NCBI GenBank assembly: GCA_943788115.1
Contig: CALSPA010000016.1
Location: forward strand, 6,001 to 70,000
From: an uncultured Flavobacteriales bacterium
GTDB lineage: Bacteria; Bacteroidota; Bacteroidia; Flavobacteriales_D; Parvicellaceae
DNA length: 64,000 nt
Direction: 5' to 3'
Part shown: one piece after another, positions 38,550-48,530 of the stretch
Numbering within the stretch: position 1 is the stretch's first letter
Layout of the letters: each line of letters begins with the position of its first letter
The notes under the pieces: generated by a model
What the model saw: only the letters and a program-made list of their open reading frames with translations
What the model was told of the DNA's origin: nothing
Database searches by the model: none
Program-made: the position numbers and the translations under genes

Positions 38550-39842
38550 TTGAATAATACCAACAAAAAATCTTTTATTAAGAATGTTATAACTCTTATT
38601 ACTGGAAGCGTTTTAGCTCAACTAATTTCATTAATTGGGTTAATTCTTCTACAAAGATATTTCTATGGACCTGAAGATTTCGCCCCATTTAGATTGTTTT
38701 TTGAATTTACTGCAATATTTGCAGGAATAAGTGCACTGCGTTTAGAATCAGCAATCGTTCTTGAAAGTGATAATAAAAATGCTAAAGGACTGTTTATAAT
38801 TTGTCTTAAGCTTATTGTAATTATTTCAATAGTTAGTCTATTTTCATTCTTTATATTTTCTTTTTTCAACAAAGGAATAAATGATTTAGCAAAAGACTTT
38901 AGAATTGTTCTTCTAGTGCCATTAACAGTAATTTCTATAGGATTATTTCAAGTTTTTAATTCTTGGTTCACAAGACTTGAATCTTATAAGCTAATGAGTG
39001 TAAATAAAGTAATTCAAAACAGTGTAAATGTATGTAGTCAACTAATTTTTGGCTTCTTGAAACTCAATTACTTAGGACTTATATTGGGTAGATTTATAGG
39101 ATTCGTTGTTGCTAATCTGAACTTTTTATTAAATTATTTTAAAAAGGGTAATTCACCCACAATTAATACAAACGATCAAAAAAATCTTATAAAGAAACAC
39201 AAAGATTTTATATTTTTTACGACACCTGGTTTCTTCATTGGAAATCTGATTAATTTTATTTTTTTAGCTCTATTCATTGATTATTATGGAAATCATTTTG
39301 GAGGACAAATCGCTGCTTCAGTTCAGTATTTAGGAATTTCAATAGCAATAATTTCTTCTTCATTCTCTCAAGTATATTTTAAAGAAATAACCAAGATAAA
39401 AACTAAAAAAGAGCTTAAAAGCACTTACACCTATTGGTTTATTAGATTGGGTGTTTTAGGTTTAATTGGAAGTATTGGTCTTCAATTTATTCCAGATTCA
39501 TTCATTGTATTCTTTTTAGGAGAAAAATGGAGCGGTTTAATTGATATTATGCAGATAATGGCTCTTTGGATGGCTGTTATGTTTATTTCATCTTCTTTAT
39601 CATATATCTACATTAAATTAGGAAAGCAAAAGCAAACATTAATTTTAGATATTATTCACTTATTAATGGTCCTTATTGGCATGAACTGGATACACGAATC
39701 ATATAAATCGCCAATAACAACTTTATGGTTTTTCACAATAATTCAACTACTCTTTTATGTGATTGCTATCTTTGCTGCCTATTATTTCATTGCAGGATAT
39801 AAAGATGAAATTAATATTGATACTAAAAAAACTGAATTATGA
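38550..39842 (+). CDS. second Wzx-type flippase (MOP superfamily)
   Basis: IKNVITLITGSVLAQLISLIGLILLQRYFYGPEDFAPF is paralogous to the N-terminus of 35999..37267. Multi-TM protein with a TTG start. Confidence 0.65.
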   Translation: MNNTNKKSFIKNVITLITGSVLAQLISLIGLILLQRYFYGPEDFAPFRLFFEFTAIFAGISALRLESAIVLESDNKNAKGLFIICLKLIVIISIVSLFSFFIFSFFNKGINDLAKDFRIVLLVPLTVISIGLFQVFNSWFTRLESYKLMSVNKVIQNSVNVCSQLIFGFLKLNYLGLILGRFIGFVVANLNFLLNYFKKGNSPTINTNDQKNLIKKHKDFIFFTTPGFFIGNLINFIFLALFIDYYGNHFGGQIAASVQYLGISIAIISSSFSQVYFKEITKIKTKKELKSTYTYWFIRLGVLGLIGSIGLQFIPDSFIVFFLGEKWSGLIDIMQIMALWMAVMFISSSLSYIYIKLGKQKQTLILDIIHLLMVLIGMNWIHESYKSPITTLWFFTIIQLLFYVIAIFAAYYFIAGYKDEINIDTKKTEL

Positions 39843-41044
39843 TTCCATTCTCTCCTCCTCGAATAGATGATAAAACAATAGCTGAAGTTACTGATGCTCT
39901 TCAATCAGGGTGGATAACAACAGGTCCTAAAACCAAACTTTTTGAAGAAAAATTAGCAGCATTCATTGGGGTAAAACATGTTGTATGTCTTAATTCAGCA
40001 ACTGCCGGAATGCAATTAATATTAAATTGGCTAGGAATAAAAAAAGGTGATGAAGTAATAGTTCCTGCTTACACCTATTGTGCAACTGCAAATGTTGTAA
40101 TACATGCAGGAGCAAAACCTGTTATGGTTGATGTTAATGAGGATGACTTCAACATATCTATTAATGCGGTAAGAAATGCAATAACTCCTAAAACAAAAGC
40201 AATAATTGCAGTTGATATTGCTGGATACCCAGCAGATTATGATGAGCTTCATCAATTAGTTAGAGAAAATCAAATTAATTCTCTTTACAACCCTGAAAAT
40301 TCTGTACAGCAAAAATTAAATAGAATTGCAATTGTTGCTGATGCAGCGCACTCAATTGGTGCTATATATAATGGTGCTAGAACTGGAAATCAGGCAGACA
40401 TGTCTTCTTTTAGCTTTCATGCGGTTAAAAACCTTACTACTGCAGAAGGTGGAGCTGTTGCTTTTAATTTAAAAGAATTTAGTAGTCAAGAGCTACAACA
40501 AAAGTTTAAAGTAAGCTCATTGCACGGTCAAACCAAAGATGCTTTTAGTAAAAACCAAATAGGCGCTTGGAAATATGATGTTGTTGAAGCAGGTTTTAAA
40601 TGCAACATGACCGATCTTCAAGCAGCCATCGGGCTTGTGGAGCTTAAAAGGTATGAGGAAACTTTAGCAAGAAGAAAAACAATATTTGAAAAATACCAAA
40701 ATGCTTTTAGTAAAAAAGCATGGGCAAAAGTTCCTTTATTTTCAAGTAATAATAAAACTTCTTCCTACCACCTTTATATGCTAAGAATTAAAGACATATC
40801 TGAAGAAAAAAGAGATGTTATTATTGCTAAAACAAGTGAAAAAGAAGTTGCCGTTAACGTACATTACTTGCCCCTTGCTATGCTTACTTATTACAGAAAT
40901 AAAGGTTATGCTATTAATGATTACCCTCAGACATATGAAAACTACAAGGCTGAAATCACACTTCCAGTTTATTACAATTTAACAGATTCTCAAGTAGAAA
41001 CTGTAATTAATGCAGTTGTAGAATCTGTAGAAGAAGTCATTTGA
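39839..41044 (+). CDS. DegT/DnrJ/EryC1/StrS-family sugar aminotransferase
   Basis: SFHAVKNLTTAEGGAV (PLP lysine context) and the N-terminal ALQSGWITTGPK motif. Confidence 0.9.
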   Translation: MIPFSPPRIDDKTIAEVTDALQSGWITTGPKTKLFEEKLAAFIGVKHVVCLNSATAGMQLILNWLGIKKGDEVIVPAYTYCATANVVIHAGAKPVMVDVNEDDFNISINAVRNAITPKTKAIIAVDIAGYPADYDELHQLVRENQINSLYNPENSVQQKLNRIAIVADAAHSIGAIYNGARTGNQADMSSFSFHAVKNLTTAEGGAVAFNLKEFSSQELQQKFKVSSLHGQTKDAFSKNQIGAWKYDVVEAGFKCNMTDLQAAIGLVELKRYEETLARRKTIFEKYQNAFSKKAWAKVPLFSSNNKTSSYHLYMLRIKDISEEKRDVIIAKTSEKEVAVNVHYLPLAMLTYYRNKGYAINDYPQTYENYKAEITLPVYYNLTDSQVETVINAVVESVEEVI

Positions 41045-41045
41045 A

Positions 41046-41633
41046 ATGAAGCGCTTATTTGACATCATATCTTCTATTGTGGTAGTTCTATTAGGGTTTC
41101 CCTTTTTTATTACAACAGCAGTGGTTATTCTGATAGATGGAAAAGGTGGTGTTTTTTATAAGCAAGAGAGAATTGGGAGAAATAAGAAGCCTTTTTATCT
41201 TTTAAAATTTAGAACCATGAGGCCCGGTTCTGAGAATTTAGGTCAGCTCACTATTGGAAGTAAAGACAACAGAATAACTACAATAGGTTATTACTTAAGA
41301 AAATACAAGCTAGACGAATTCCCTCAACTAATTAACGTTATTCTTGGAGACATGAGTATTGTTGGTCCAAGACCAGAAGTTGTTAAATATGTTAATCTTT
41401 ATACGGAAGAGCAATTAAATGTACTTAAAGTAAGACCCGGGTTAACGGATTATGCATCCATTATCTATTTCAAAGAAAATGAACTTCTTGGAAATGCTGA
41501 AGATCCAGAAAAAGTGTATATACAAGAAATAATGCCCCAAAAACTAGCGTTAAACACTAAATACATTAGAGAAAAAGGAATGCTAACAGATCTTAAAATT
41601 ATCTTTAAAACATTTCTTAAAATAGTAAGCTAA
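41046..41633 (+). CDS. undecaprenyl-phosphate sugar phosphotransferase (small PglC/WbaP-C type)
   Basis: KRLFDI, LKFRTM and DEFPQLINVILGDMSIVGPRP motifs of the bacterial sugar transferase family. Confidence 0.9.
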   Translation: MKRLFDIISSIVVVLLGFPFFITTAVVILIDGKGGVFYKQERIGRNKKPFYLLKFRTMRPGSENLGQLTIGSKDNRITTIGYYLRKYKLDEFPQLINVILGDMSIVGPRPEVVKYVNLYTEEQLNVLKVRPGLTDYASIIYFKENELLGNAEDPEKVYIQEIMPQKLALNTKYIREKGMLTDLKIIFKTFLKIVS

Positions 41634-41732
41634 AAAATTTCATAATCTGAACACCTTAAAATTTGTAACCTAAAAGTAAAAATTAGTTATAAAGGTAAAT
41701 TCAAGATTATTCAAACAAACAACACCATATCA

Positions 41733-42308
41733 ATGCAAGGGAATAAAGGCCTTTATCATCAAACTGAGCAACAATTAAATTCTGAACAAGAAATAATTGA
41801 AGCCGCCAAAAAAGACCTTTTGCACTTTAAAAAATTGTACAACAAATATTACGAGCAAATATTTAGATATGTTTATCAGAGAATGGACGATAAAGATACT
41901 GCTCACGATGTAACCTCACAGGTGTTTTTAAAGTCAATGAATAATCTTAATAAATTCAAATACAAGGGCGTACCATTTTCTGCTTGGTTGTTTAGAATTG
42001 CCAGCAATGAAGTTATTCAGTTCTATAAAGACAAAAAGTCTGAAAGAACTGTTCAAATTCAAACCGATTATATTCAAGATATTGTAGCAAACGAATCTGA
42101 ACTTAGAAGAGAACAATTAAGCATTGTAATTGAAGAAATAGCTGAACTACCAGCAAAAGAACTGGAACTAATAGAACTAAGGTATTTTGAAAAAAGACCT
42201 TTTAAAGAAATTAGTCAGATTCTAAACATTACTGAAAGCAATGCTAAAGTTAGAATTCACCGAATAGTAGCTAAGCTAAAGCAGTCGCTTAAAAACAACA
42301 GATTATGA
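41733..42308 (+). CDS. ECF-type RNA polymerase sigma-70 factor
   Basis: Region 2 (DTAHDVTSQVFLKSM, FSAWLFRIASN) and region 4 (LIELRYFEKRPFKEISQILNITESNAKVRIHR). Confidence 0.85.
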   Translation: MQGNKGLYHQTEQQLNSEQEIIEAAKKDLLHFKKLYNKYYEQIFRYVYQRMDDKDTAHDVTSQVFLKSMNNLNKFKYKGVPFSAWLFRIASNEVIQFYKDKKSERTVQIQTDYIQDIVANESELRREQLSIVIEEIAELPAKELELIELRYFEKRPFKEISQILNITESNAKVRIHRIVAKLKQSLKNNRL

Positions 42309-44026
42309 AAAGAAAAGTAAACATTAACAGACCTTCCATTTCTGATGAAGAAATTGCTAAAGGAAAGAATTTTTCAGAATTAGCGAAAATGGCTAGTCCT
42401 GTAAATTTACCATTTTACAAAAGTAGTTGGTTTGCACCATCTATTGCTGGAGTTTCTCTTGTTGTTGCTCTAGTAGCTTTTCAATACATAAACCAAGAAA
42501 AAGAAATCTCTGAATTAAAACCAAAAATAGAAAAGGTTCAAAAGCAAGTAGAAGAGTCAACACTAATTAGCTACAATGAAGACACTCCTTGCATTAAGCC
42601 TCCATCTGAAAAGCTTTCTATAAAAGGGACTAGCTATATGGTTAATAACAGCAAAGGAAAAACCATTACACATCCTTCAGGTACAACAATAGAGATTCCT
42701 AAAAATGCTTTTATAAAAGATGGTAAATTAGTAGAAGGTGAGGTAGAAATCAGGTATAAAGAATTTAAAGATCAGATAGACATACTTCTTTCAGGAATAC
42801 CCATGCATTACGATTCTGCAAATACCGACTATGTACTGGAATCTGCTGGAATGGTTCAAATTTATGGCTTCCAAAACAACCTACCAGTAGATATTAAAAA
42901 TGGAAAATCCATTAAAATTAATTTCCCAACACAAGATCCGTCTTCTAGGTTTAACCTTTATGAGCTAGATACTACAGAAAATAAGTGGGATTTTAAAGGC
43001 AAACCTACTGTTAACAGATCTAAAGAAAAAATTAACAAATCTAAACCCACCATAAGTATTGTAGATGCATATAAAATTGATTCAATATTTACAAGCTCTA
43101 CAAAAGTCATTGAAGAACAAAAGAAACAAATAAGCTCTGCTTTAACTGTTGTTAGAGAGGACATAAAAGAATTAAGAGCTAATAAACCCATTATACCAAA
43201 TGAATCTGTTAATAAAGACAGGCAATTTAATTTAGAGGTGGATAAAAAAGAGTTTCCAGAGCTCAGTGAATTCACTGAAGTAATTTTTGAAGTACTGGAA
43301 GAAGATGAAAACTTTAACTCCAGTATTTATGAAATAGAATGGCAAAATGTAATTCTTAAAGAAAAGGTTCCTGGCCAGGTCTATTTACTTAATTTATTTG
43401 GGGATAACAGTAAAGAAAGTCTTCTTGTTAAACCAATTTTAAAAGGAGGCGATTTAGCCAAAGCAAAACAATTATTTACAGATTACTCACGAAAACTTGA
43501 TACTAAAATTGCAAAAGAAAAAGAGTTAGAACAAAAATTAGCTGATGCTAAAAAAAGGTTTCAAGAAGAACTAAAAAGACAAGAAAAAGCTAGATTAATT
43601 AGAGAAAAAATGGCTAAACAAAGAAAGAAACAAGCCAAGTTTAAAGAAATTATTGTAATGTCTTTTGACGTTGCACAATTTGGAACATGGAATTGCGACT
43701 CTCCTGTAAAACAACCTAAAGGGAAAACTGTAAATGCAACATTTACATCTTTAGCAGGAGCTCCTATTGTACTTGGAGCTGTTTATTTAATTGAGAAAAA
43801 TAGAAATTCCATTTTCACTTATGATGTTGCTCAGTTTAACAACTTAAAATTTAACCCTAAGGAAACTAACACCTTAATTGGATTTACTTTAGATGATGAA
43901 ATTGCCATTTTCAGGTCTGGTAAATTCGAGAATGTTAAAGAAAGAAAGCACGAGTTTAAAATGGAAATAAAAAATGCAGTCGATATGTCTGTTGAAAAGC
44001 TCAAAAAGATGATACTAAGTAGGTAG
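42305..44026 (+). CDS. single-pass membrane protein translationally coupled to the ECF sigma (anti-sigma candidate)
   Basis: ATGA overlap with the sigma stop. The layout is ~40 cytoplasmic residues, a TM (FAPSIAGVSLVVALVAFQYI), then ~500 extracytoplasmic residues including a KEKELEQKLADAKKRFQEELKRQEKARLIREK coiled coil. Confidence 0.4.
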   Translation: MKRKVNINRPSISDEEIAKGKNFSELAKMASPVNLPFYKSSWFAPSIAGVSLVVALVAFQYINQEKEISELKPKIEKVQKQVEESTLISYNEDTPCIKPPSEKLSIKGTSYMVNNSKGKTITHPSGTTIEIPKNAFIKDGKLVEGEVEIRYKEFKDQIDILLSGIPMHYDSANTDYVLESAGMVQIYGFQNNLPVDIKNGKSIKINFPTQDPSSRFNLYELDTTENKWDFKGKPTVNRSKEKINKSKPTISIVDAYKIDSIFTSSTKVIEEQKKQISSALTVVREDIKELRANKPIIPNESVNKDRQFNLEVDKKEFPELSEFTEVIFEVLEEDENFNSSIYEIEWQNVILKEKVPGQVYLLNLFGDNSKESLLVKPILKGGDLAKAKQLFTDYSRKLDTKIAKEKELEQKLADAKKRFQEELKRQEKARLIREKMAKQRKKQAKFKEIIVMSFDVAQFGTWNCDSPVKQPKGKTVNATFTSLAGAPIVLGAVYLIEKNRNSIFTYDVAQFNNLKFNPKETNTLIGFTLDDEIAIFRSGKFENVKERKHEFKMEIKNAVDMSVEKLKKMILSR

Positions 44027-44086
44027 GTATTGAAACTCTATACTTACTTTTTAAGTATTAAAATAAACTTTAAATAAACATCAACT

Positions 44087-44587
44087 TTGAAACTACCAAT
44101 TTCATTAATTCTATTGTTTTTAACTATTTGCTCAAAATGTTTTCTTTCTCAAAACACCATTACAGTCAAAAAAAATATACAAATTGAGGGCTTATATGTA
44201 GGAGAATCATACTTAGAAGATGACAAATCTAACGGATTTAAATATATATGGTTTAGTAAATCAGGAAATGCCTGTTTGGGTTCTTTTAAAAGGAAAAAGA
44301 AAATACATGCTTTTAAAGTTCAAGAATGTGCAGAAAATGGTAACTACTGCAATAATTTAAACATGTTTAATTATAAAATAAATGATTCCTTTGGCGACAA
44401 GGGACTTTCTCCATACCTACACATCGAATTTTATGAAATAGTAGCGAATGATTCTACAAAAATTAATTCAGAGCAAATAATTTTCAGTAGGTGTTCTGCA
44501 GAGTTAGAGGGCAAAACTCTTCACTTTAAGTGTAATGAAAGTTTTATGAATAGTGGTGTATACCAACTTTACTTTGAAGAAGATTAA
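44087..44587 (+). CDS. hypothetical secreted protein
   Basis: TTG start with signal-peptide-like LPISLILLFLTICSKCFLSQ. No family recognised. Confidence 0.35.
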   Translation: MKLPISLILLFLTICSKCFLSQNTITVKKNIQIEGLYVGESYLEDDKSNGFKYIWFSKSGNACLGSFKRKKKIHAFKVQECAENGNYCNNLNMFNYKINDSFGDKGLSPYLHIEFYEIVANDSTKINSEQIIFSRCSAELEGKTLHFKCNESFMNSGVYQLYFEED

Positions 44588-44624
44588 TTTTTTTTTACCC
44601 CCTTATTTATTTTAAATTTGATTG

Positions 44625-45500
44625 ATGTTCAATGAAGCAATAGACCAAGATCCAACAGTATTCGCAATTCCTGTTTTTATTGCCTGTATTCTCATTGAAG
44701 CATTTTTAGACTATCGTCAGCAGCTCAAACTATACCATTCTAAAGATACAGCAGCTTGTATTTCAATGGGGATAGGAGTTGTTTTCATAGGTTTAATTAC
44801 TAAAACCTTTTACTTCTTTGTTTTTCATCTAATCTATCAATTTAGAATTTTCGAATTAGAAAATATTTGGTGGATGTGGGCTTTGCTATTTTTTGCAGAC
44901 GATTTTAGTTTTTACTGGCATCATAGAATGAGCCATCAAGTACGATTTTTATGGGCTGCTCATGTTCAGCACCACTCTTCTACAAAAATGAACTTTTCCG
45001 TTGCTTTAAGGCAAAGCTGGATGGAACCTTTCTACAAATACCTTTTTTACTTATGGATTCCCCTTTTAGGGTTTAACCCACTTTATATTTTTATAATGCA
45101 AGCTTTTAGCTTAATCTATCAGTTTTTTCAACACACAGAATTAGTAAGAAGTTTAGGTCCTATTGGATGGGTATTTAACACACCATCACATCATAGGGTT
45201 CATCATGCTGTTCAACACAAATATTTGGATAGAAACCATGCGGGAATACTAATTATTTGGGATCGTTTATTTGGAACCTTCGTAAAAGAAGATCTTAAGG
45301 ATCTTCCGGTTTATGGCATCACCGAAAACATCAAATCTTACAATCCTGCTATCATAGCGACTCATGAATATGTCAATTTATGGAGAGATATAAAAAGAGC
45401 AAATAAATTATCAGATAAATTTAAATATTTGTTCTATCCGCCCGGATGGTCACATGACGGAGAAAACAGAACTTCAAATTATTTAAGACGTCAACTTTAA
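44625..45500 (+). CDS. fatty acid hydroxylase / sterol desaturase family protein
   Basis: Histidine boxes HHRMSH, HVQHH and HHRVHH in a multi-TM protein. Confidence 0.8.
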   Translation: MFNEAIDQDPTVFAIPVFIACILIEAFLDYRQQLKLYHSKDTAACISMGIGVVFIGLITKTFYFFVFHLIYQFRIFELENIWWMWALLFFADDFSFYWHHRMSHQVRFLWAAHVQHHSSTKMNFSVALRQSWMEPFYKYLFYLWIPLLGFNPLYIFIMQAFSLIYQFFQHTELVRSLGPIGWVFNTPSHHRVHHAVQHKYLDRNHAGILIIWDRLFGTFVKEDLKDLPVYGITENIKSYNPAIIATHEYVNLWRDIKRANKLSDKFKYLFYPPGWSHDGENRTSNYLRRQL

Positions 45501-46142
45501 TTAGTTTCTCGACCTTTCAGGAAAATACGTTTTAAACGAAAAGCCAGCGCAGAAGGTTTGATACAGCCCCACACTTTCAGATGGGTTCATTCCAGAGATA
45601 CTGGTCATACAAAAGTGTTCTGGAGTAAACTCAGCAAACCATAGATTATAAGAAAAAACTAATCCAAAGGATAACAAATCTGTACTTAACATATAAATAC
45701 CCAGTTCTGGTTCTAATCTCACTGCACTTTGTTTGTAAATGGTAGAGCAATTAGTAGTTTTAGTAGAGCTAAAATTATAACCTGATCTAACTCCAAAATC
45801 TATAAACACTCTTTCATTAATGTCATTAATCCAAGAAATTTTTACAAATGGAAGGTGGGATTCAAACTGACCATCAATATTGGACTGAAAAGCGACACTG
45901 TTTACATCGTAATAACCGTATTTAAAGCCGAGAGAAAATTCTAAATTGGGTATTAGTTTATAATTAAACTGGGCATCCAGGTCACCTACTCCATATATGG
46001 TTTTCTTAAAAGTTGTGTTTTGGATAGTTTTTGGAAGCTTAAAGCTCATACCAAATGAGAATTTATCTAAGAACTTATTTTCTTGAGCGTAAGACACACT
46101 CATTATTAAAAAAACAAAAATATGTAATAAGAACTTTTTCAA
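45501..46142 (-). CDS. putative outer-membrane beta-barrel protein
   Basis: Signal peptide (FLLHIFVFLIMSVSYAQ) and alternating beta-strand pattern. There is a 4-nt overlap with the upstream gene. Confidence 0.45.
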   Translation of the reverse strand: MKKFLLHIFVFLIMSVSYAQENKFLDKFSFGMSFKLPKTIQNTTFKKTIYGVGDLDAQFNYKLIPNLEFSLGFKYGYYDVNSVAFQSNIDGQFESHLPFVKISWINDINERVFIDFGVRSGYNFSSTKTTNCSTIYKQSAVRLEPELGIYMLSTDLLSFGLVFSYNLWFAEFTPEHFCMTSISGMNPSESVGLYQTFCAGFSFKTYFPERSRN

Positions 46143-46615
46143 TTTCTTACAGTGATTTTTCTGTTTATATTTTGAATTTCACTTTTAAATTGTAGAAAAT
46201 AATTTCCGTTAGCTAGTTTCTGAGAATCAAATTTAAATACATGAACTCCTTTTTCAAGCTCACCATTATACAATTCTACTAAAACTTTATCTTCACTATC
46301 AATAACAGAGAATGAAAGATGAGTTTTTATTGCCAATTCAAAACCAAACTGCACTTGATTACTTAAAACATTTGAAGGTAACTCATAAACTTTTGCATAT
46401 ATATCTTTGAGAACTCTTATTTTCCTTGAAGAGATAAGATGAACTACCTTTTTAATTGCTATGTAAATTAGAAAAACTGCAACAAGAATAGAAATACCAC
46501 CTATAACATTAATTAAAATTCTCCAAAGATTACTATCGTTCCATAAATCACTCACAGTCTTTTTTTTAGTAAAATTAAAAGAATAATGATGAAACAATAA
46601 GTATTCTAACAACAT
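46139..46615 (-). CDS. hypothetical single-pass membrane protein
   Basis: TM ILINVIGGISILVAVFLIYIAI with a C-terminal beta-rich ~90 aa (VLVELYNGELEKGVHVFKFDSQKLANGNYFLQF). The internal Met at 46615 is preferred, which avoids overlap with the divergent msrB. Confidence 0.35.
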   Translation of the reverse strand: MLLEYLLFHHYSFNFTKKKTVSDLWNDSNLWRILINVIGGISILVAVFLIYIAIKKVVHLISSRKIRVLKDIYAKVYELPSNVLSNQVQFGFELAIKTHLSFSVIDSEDKVLVELYNGELEKGVHVFKFDSQKLANGNYFLQFKSEIQNINRKITVRN

Positions 46616-46647
46616 CGTTTTATTATATTGTAAATTAATATTAAACA

Positions 46648-47148
46648 ATGAAAATTTTAATATCAACTATACTTTTAATCACACTCATTTCTTGCGTTAA
46701 CTATGCAGAAGAAAATAAATACCTAATAATTGATTTTGAAAATGTTAATCCACATGATAGTACCAAAATCAAAAAATCAAAAAAAGAGTGGAGAGAAATT
46801 TTAACTGCTCAAGCTTACAATGTACTAATCGAAAAAGGAACTGAAAGAGCTTTTACAGGCAAATATTGGAACAATAATGATAAAGGAATTTATTACTGTA
46901 AAGGTTGTCAATTGGCACTATTTAATAGTGAAACAAAATTTAAATCTGGTACAGGCTGGCCCAGCTTCTACGACAGGGTTAAAACCAATGTGAAACTAGT
47001 GAATGACAATTCTTTTGGAATGATAAGGTCAGAAGTAATATGTAAAAGATGTGATGGTCACCTTGGTCATGTATTTGATGATGGACCAAACCCAACTGGA
47101 TTAAGGTATTGTATTAATTCTGCAGCATTAGAATTTGTATCTGAATGA
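46648..47148 (+). CDS. msrB: peptide-methionine (R)-S-oxide reductase, lipoprotein form
   Basis: GTGWPSF and RCDGHLGHVFDDGP SelR motifs, with an N-terminal lipobox LISC. Confidence 0.9.
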   Translation: MKILISTILLITLISCVNYAEENKYLIIDFENVNPHDSTKIKKSKKEWREILTAQAYNVLIEKGTERAFTGKYWNNNDKGIYYCKGCQLALFNSETKFKSGTGWPSFYDRVKTNVKLVNDNSFGMIRSEVICKRCDGHLGHVFDDGPNPTGLRYCINSAALEFVSE

Positions 47149-47777
47149 TTTTAAAAGAATTTATAACTACATTATATACCAAATTGCAAGAGCCATTACC
47201 TGGTAAAAGTGCGCATTTAAAATTAGCTCCTTACAGAAAATCAACTTTTGATTTAGATCTTGAAAAGTTTAATCCAAAGCTAGCAAGTACCCTATTATTG
47301 TTCTATCAAGATAATTTAAAAATAAAATTTGCATTAATTCAGCGACCAGATTATAGCGGCACTCATGGGGGACAAATTTCTTTTCCTGGTGGAAAAAATG
47401 AAGAAGGTGAAACACTAAAAGAGACTGCACTTAGAGAAACTTTTGAAGAAATTGGAATACCCAAAGAAAAAATACAAGTGATTGGAGAGCTTAGTCAAGT
47501 TTACATTCCACCAAGTAATTTCCTTATATCTCCCTTTATAGCTTTTATGGATGAAAATCCAAGTTTTATTCCAGAATTAAAGGAAGTGAAGCAAATCTTA
47601 GAAATTGATCTAGATGAATTATTAAGAGAGGATGTAATTCAGGAAAAAGAGATGGTTGTAGGTAAAAATACTGGAAATGCAATGAAAATAAAGGTTCCTT
47701 ATATGGACCTACACCACCATACTGTTTGGGGTGCAACGGGTGTAATACTTTCCGAATTTAGAGATTTAATTATTTAG
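47145..47777 (+). CDS. NUDIX hydrolase (CoA pyrophosphatase-like)
   Basis: Nudix box GGKNEEGETLKETALRETFEEIGI. ATGA overlap with msrB. Confidence 0.8.
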   Translation: MILKEFITTLYTKLQEPLPGKSAHLKLAPYRKSTFDLDLEKFNPKLASTLLLFYQDNLKIKFALIQRPDYSGTHGGQISFPGGKNEEGETLKETALRETFEEIGIPKEKIQVIGELSQVYIPPSNFLISPFIAFMDENPSFIPELKEVKQILEIDLDELLREDVIQEKEMVVGKNTGNAMKIKVPYMDLHHHTVWGATGVILSEFRDLII

Positions 47778-48433
47778 TTTATAACCAACTCCTTTAATAG
47801 TTTTAATATAATGATCACCTATTTTTTCTCTAAGCTTTCTTATGTGAACGTCTATTGTTCGATCCCCAACTACAATATCATCACCCCAAACTTTTGCGAG
47901 TATTGTTTCTCTGGTAAAAACATTTCCGGGTTTAGAAAATAGCAAAGCTAAAAGCTCAAACTCTTTTTTTGGAAGAGTCATCTCTTTACCACTACAAATA
48001 GCAATATATTTTTCTCTATTAATCTCTAGAGACATTTTGTCGCTTTTAACAACTTGATTTAAACTAGATCGTCTTAACAAGGCTTTTACTCTACTAACTA
48101 AAACACGTGGCTTAATAGGTTTAGTAATGTAATCATCTGCTCCAGAATCTAACCCAGCAACTTGAGAATAGTCTTCTCCTCTTGCAGACAAAAAAGCAAT
48201 AATAGAACTCTTCAGCACCTTATCTTTTCTTAGCTCGATACATGTTTCAATACCATCCATTTCGGGCATCATAACATCTAATAAAATTAAATCTGGAATG
48301 AATGACTTGGCCTCTGAAAGACATTCTAACCCATTGCTTGCTGTTTTTACTAAATAACCTTCTTTTTCTAAATGGTATTTAATTATTTCAATAATATCAG
48401 GTTCATCATCTACTAGAAGAATCTTAGGCATAG
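47506..48433. repeat. direct repeat copy A1 (~0.93 kb)
   Basis: Aligns without indels to 52892..53819 at a constant offset of 5386. I see 4 substitutions in the NUDIX-derived part, none over ~570 nt of the regulator gene, then rising mismatch over the last ~85 nt. Confidence 0.9.
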
Positions 48434-48461
48434 TTTGATTTTCTTTATTTTTTGCTTCCAT
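47766..48461 (-). CDS. OmpR/PhoB-family response regulator, copy 1
   Basis: Receiver domain (LLVDDEPDI, DLILLDVMMPEMDG, GADDYITKP) and winged-helix output (DRTIDVHIRKLREKI, IKTIKGVGYKL). No histidine kinase is adjacent. Confidence 0.9.
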   Translation of the reverse strand: MEAKNKENQTMPKILLVDDEPDIIEIIKYHLEKEGYLVKTASNGLECLSEAKSFIPDLILLDVMMPEMDGIETCIELRKDKVLKSSIIAFLSARGEDYSQVAGLDSGADDYITKPIKPRVLVSRVKALLRRSSLNQVVKSDKMSLEINREKYIAICSGKEMTLPKKEFELLALLFSKPGNVFTRETILAKVWGDDIVVGDRTIDVHIRKLREKIGDHYIKTIKGVGYKLNN

Positions 48462-48530
48462 TAAAGGTATTTTTTAGAAAATAAAACAATATTAATTAAA
48501 CATTAAATTATTATTAAATAAAAAACCCTC

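Noticed and set aside
41634-41732. TGTAACC upstream of the ECF sigma gene as an autoregulated ECF promoter
   Set aside because: I could not pair it with a plausible -10 (CGT-type) element at 16-17 nt spacing, so there is too little evidence.
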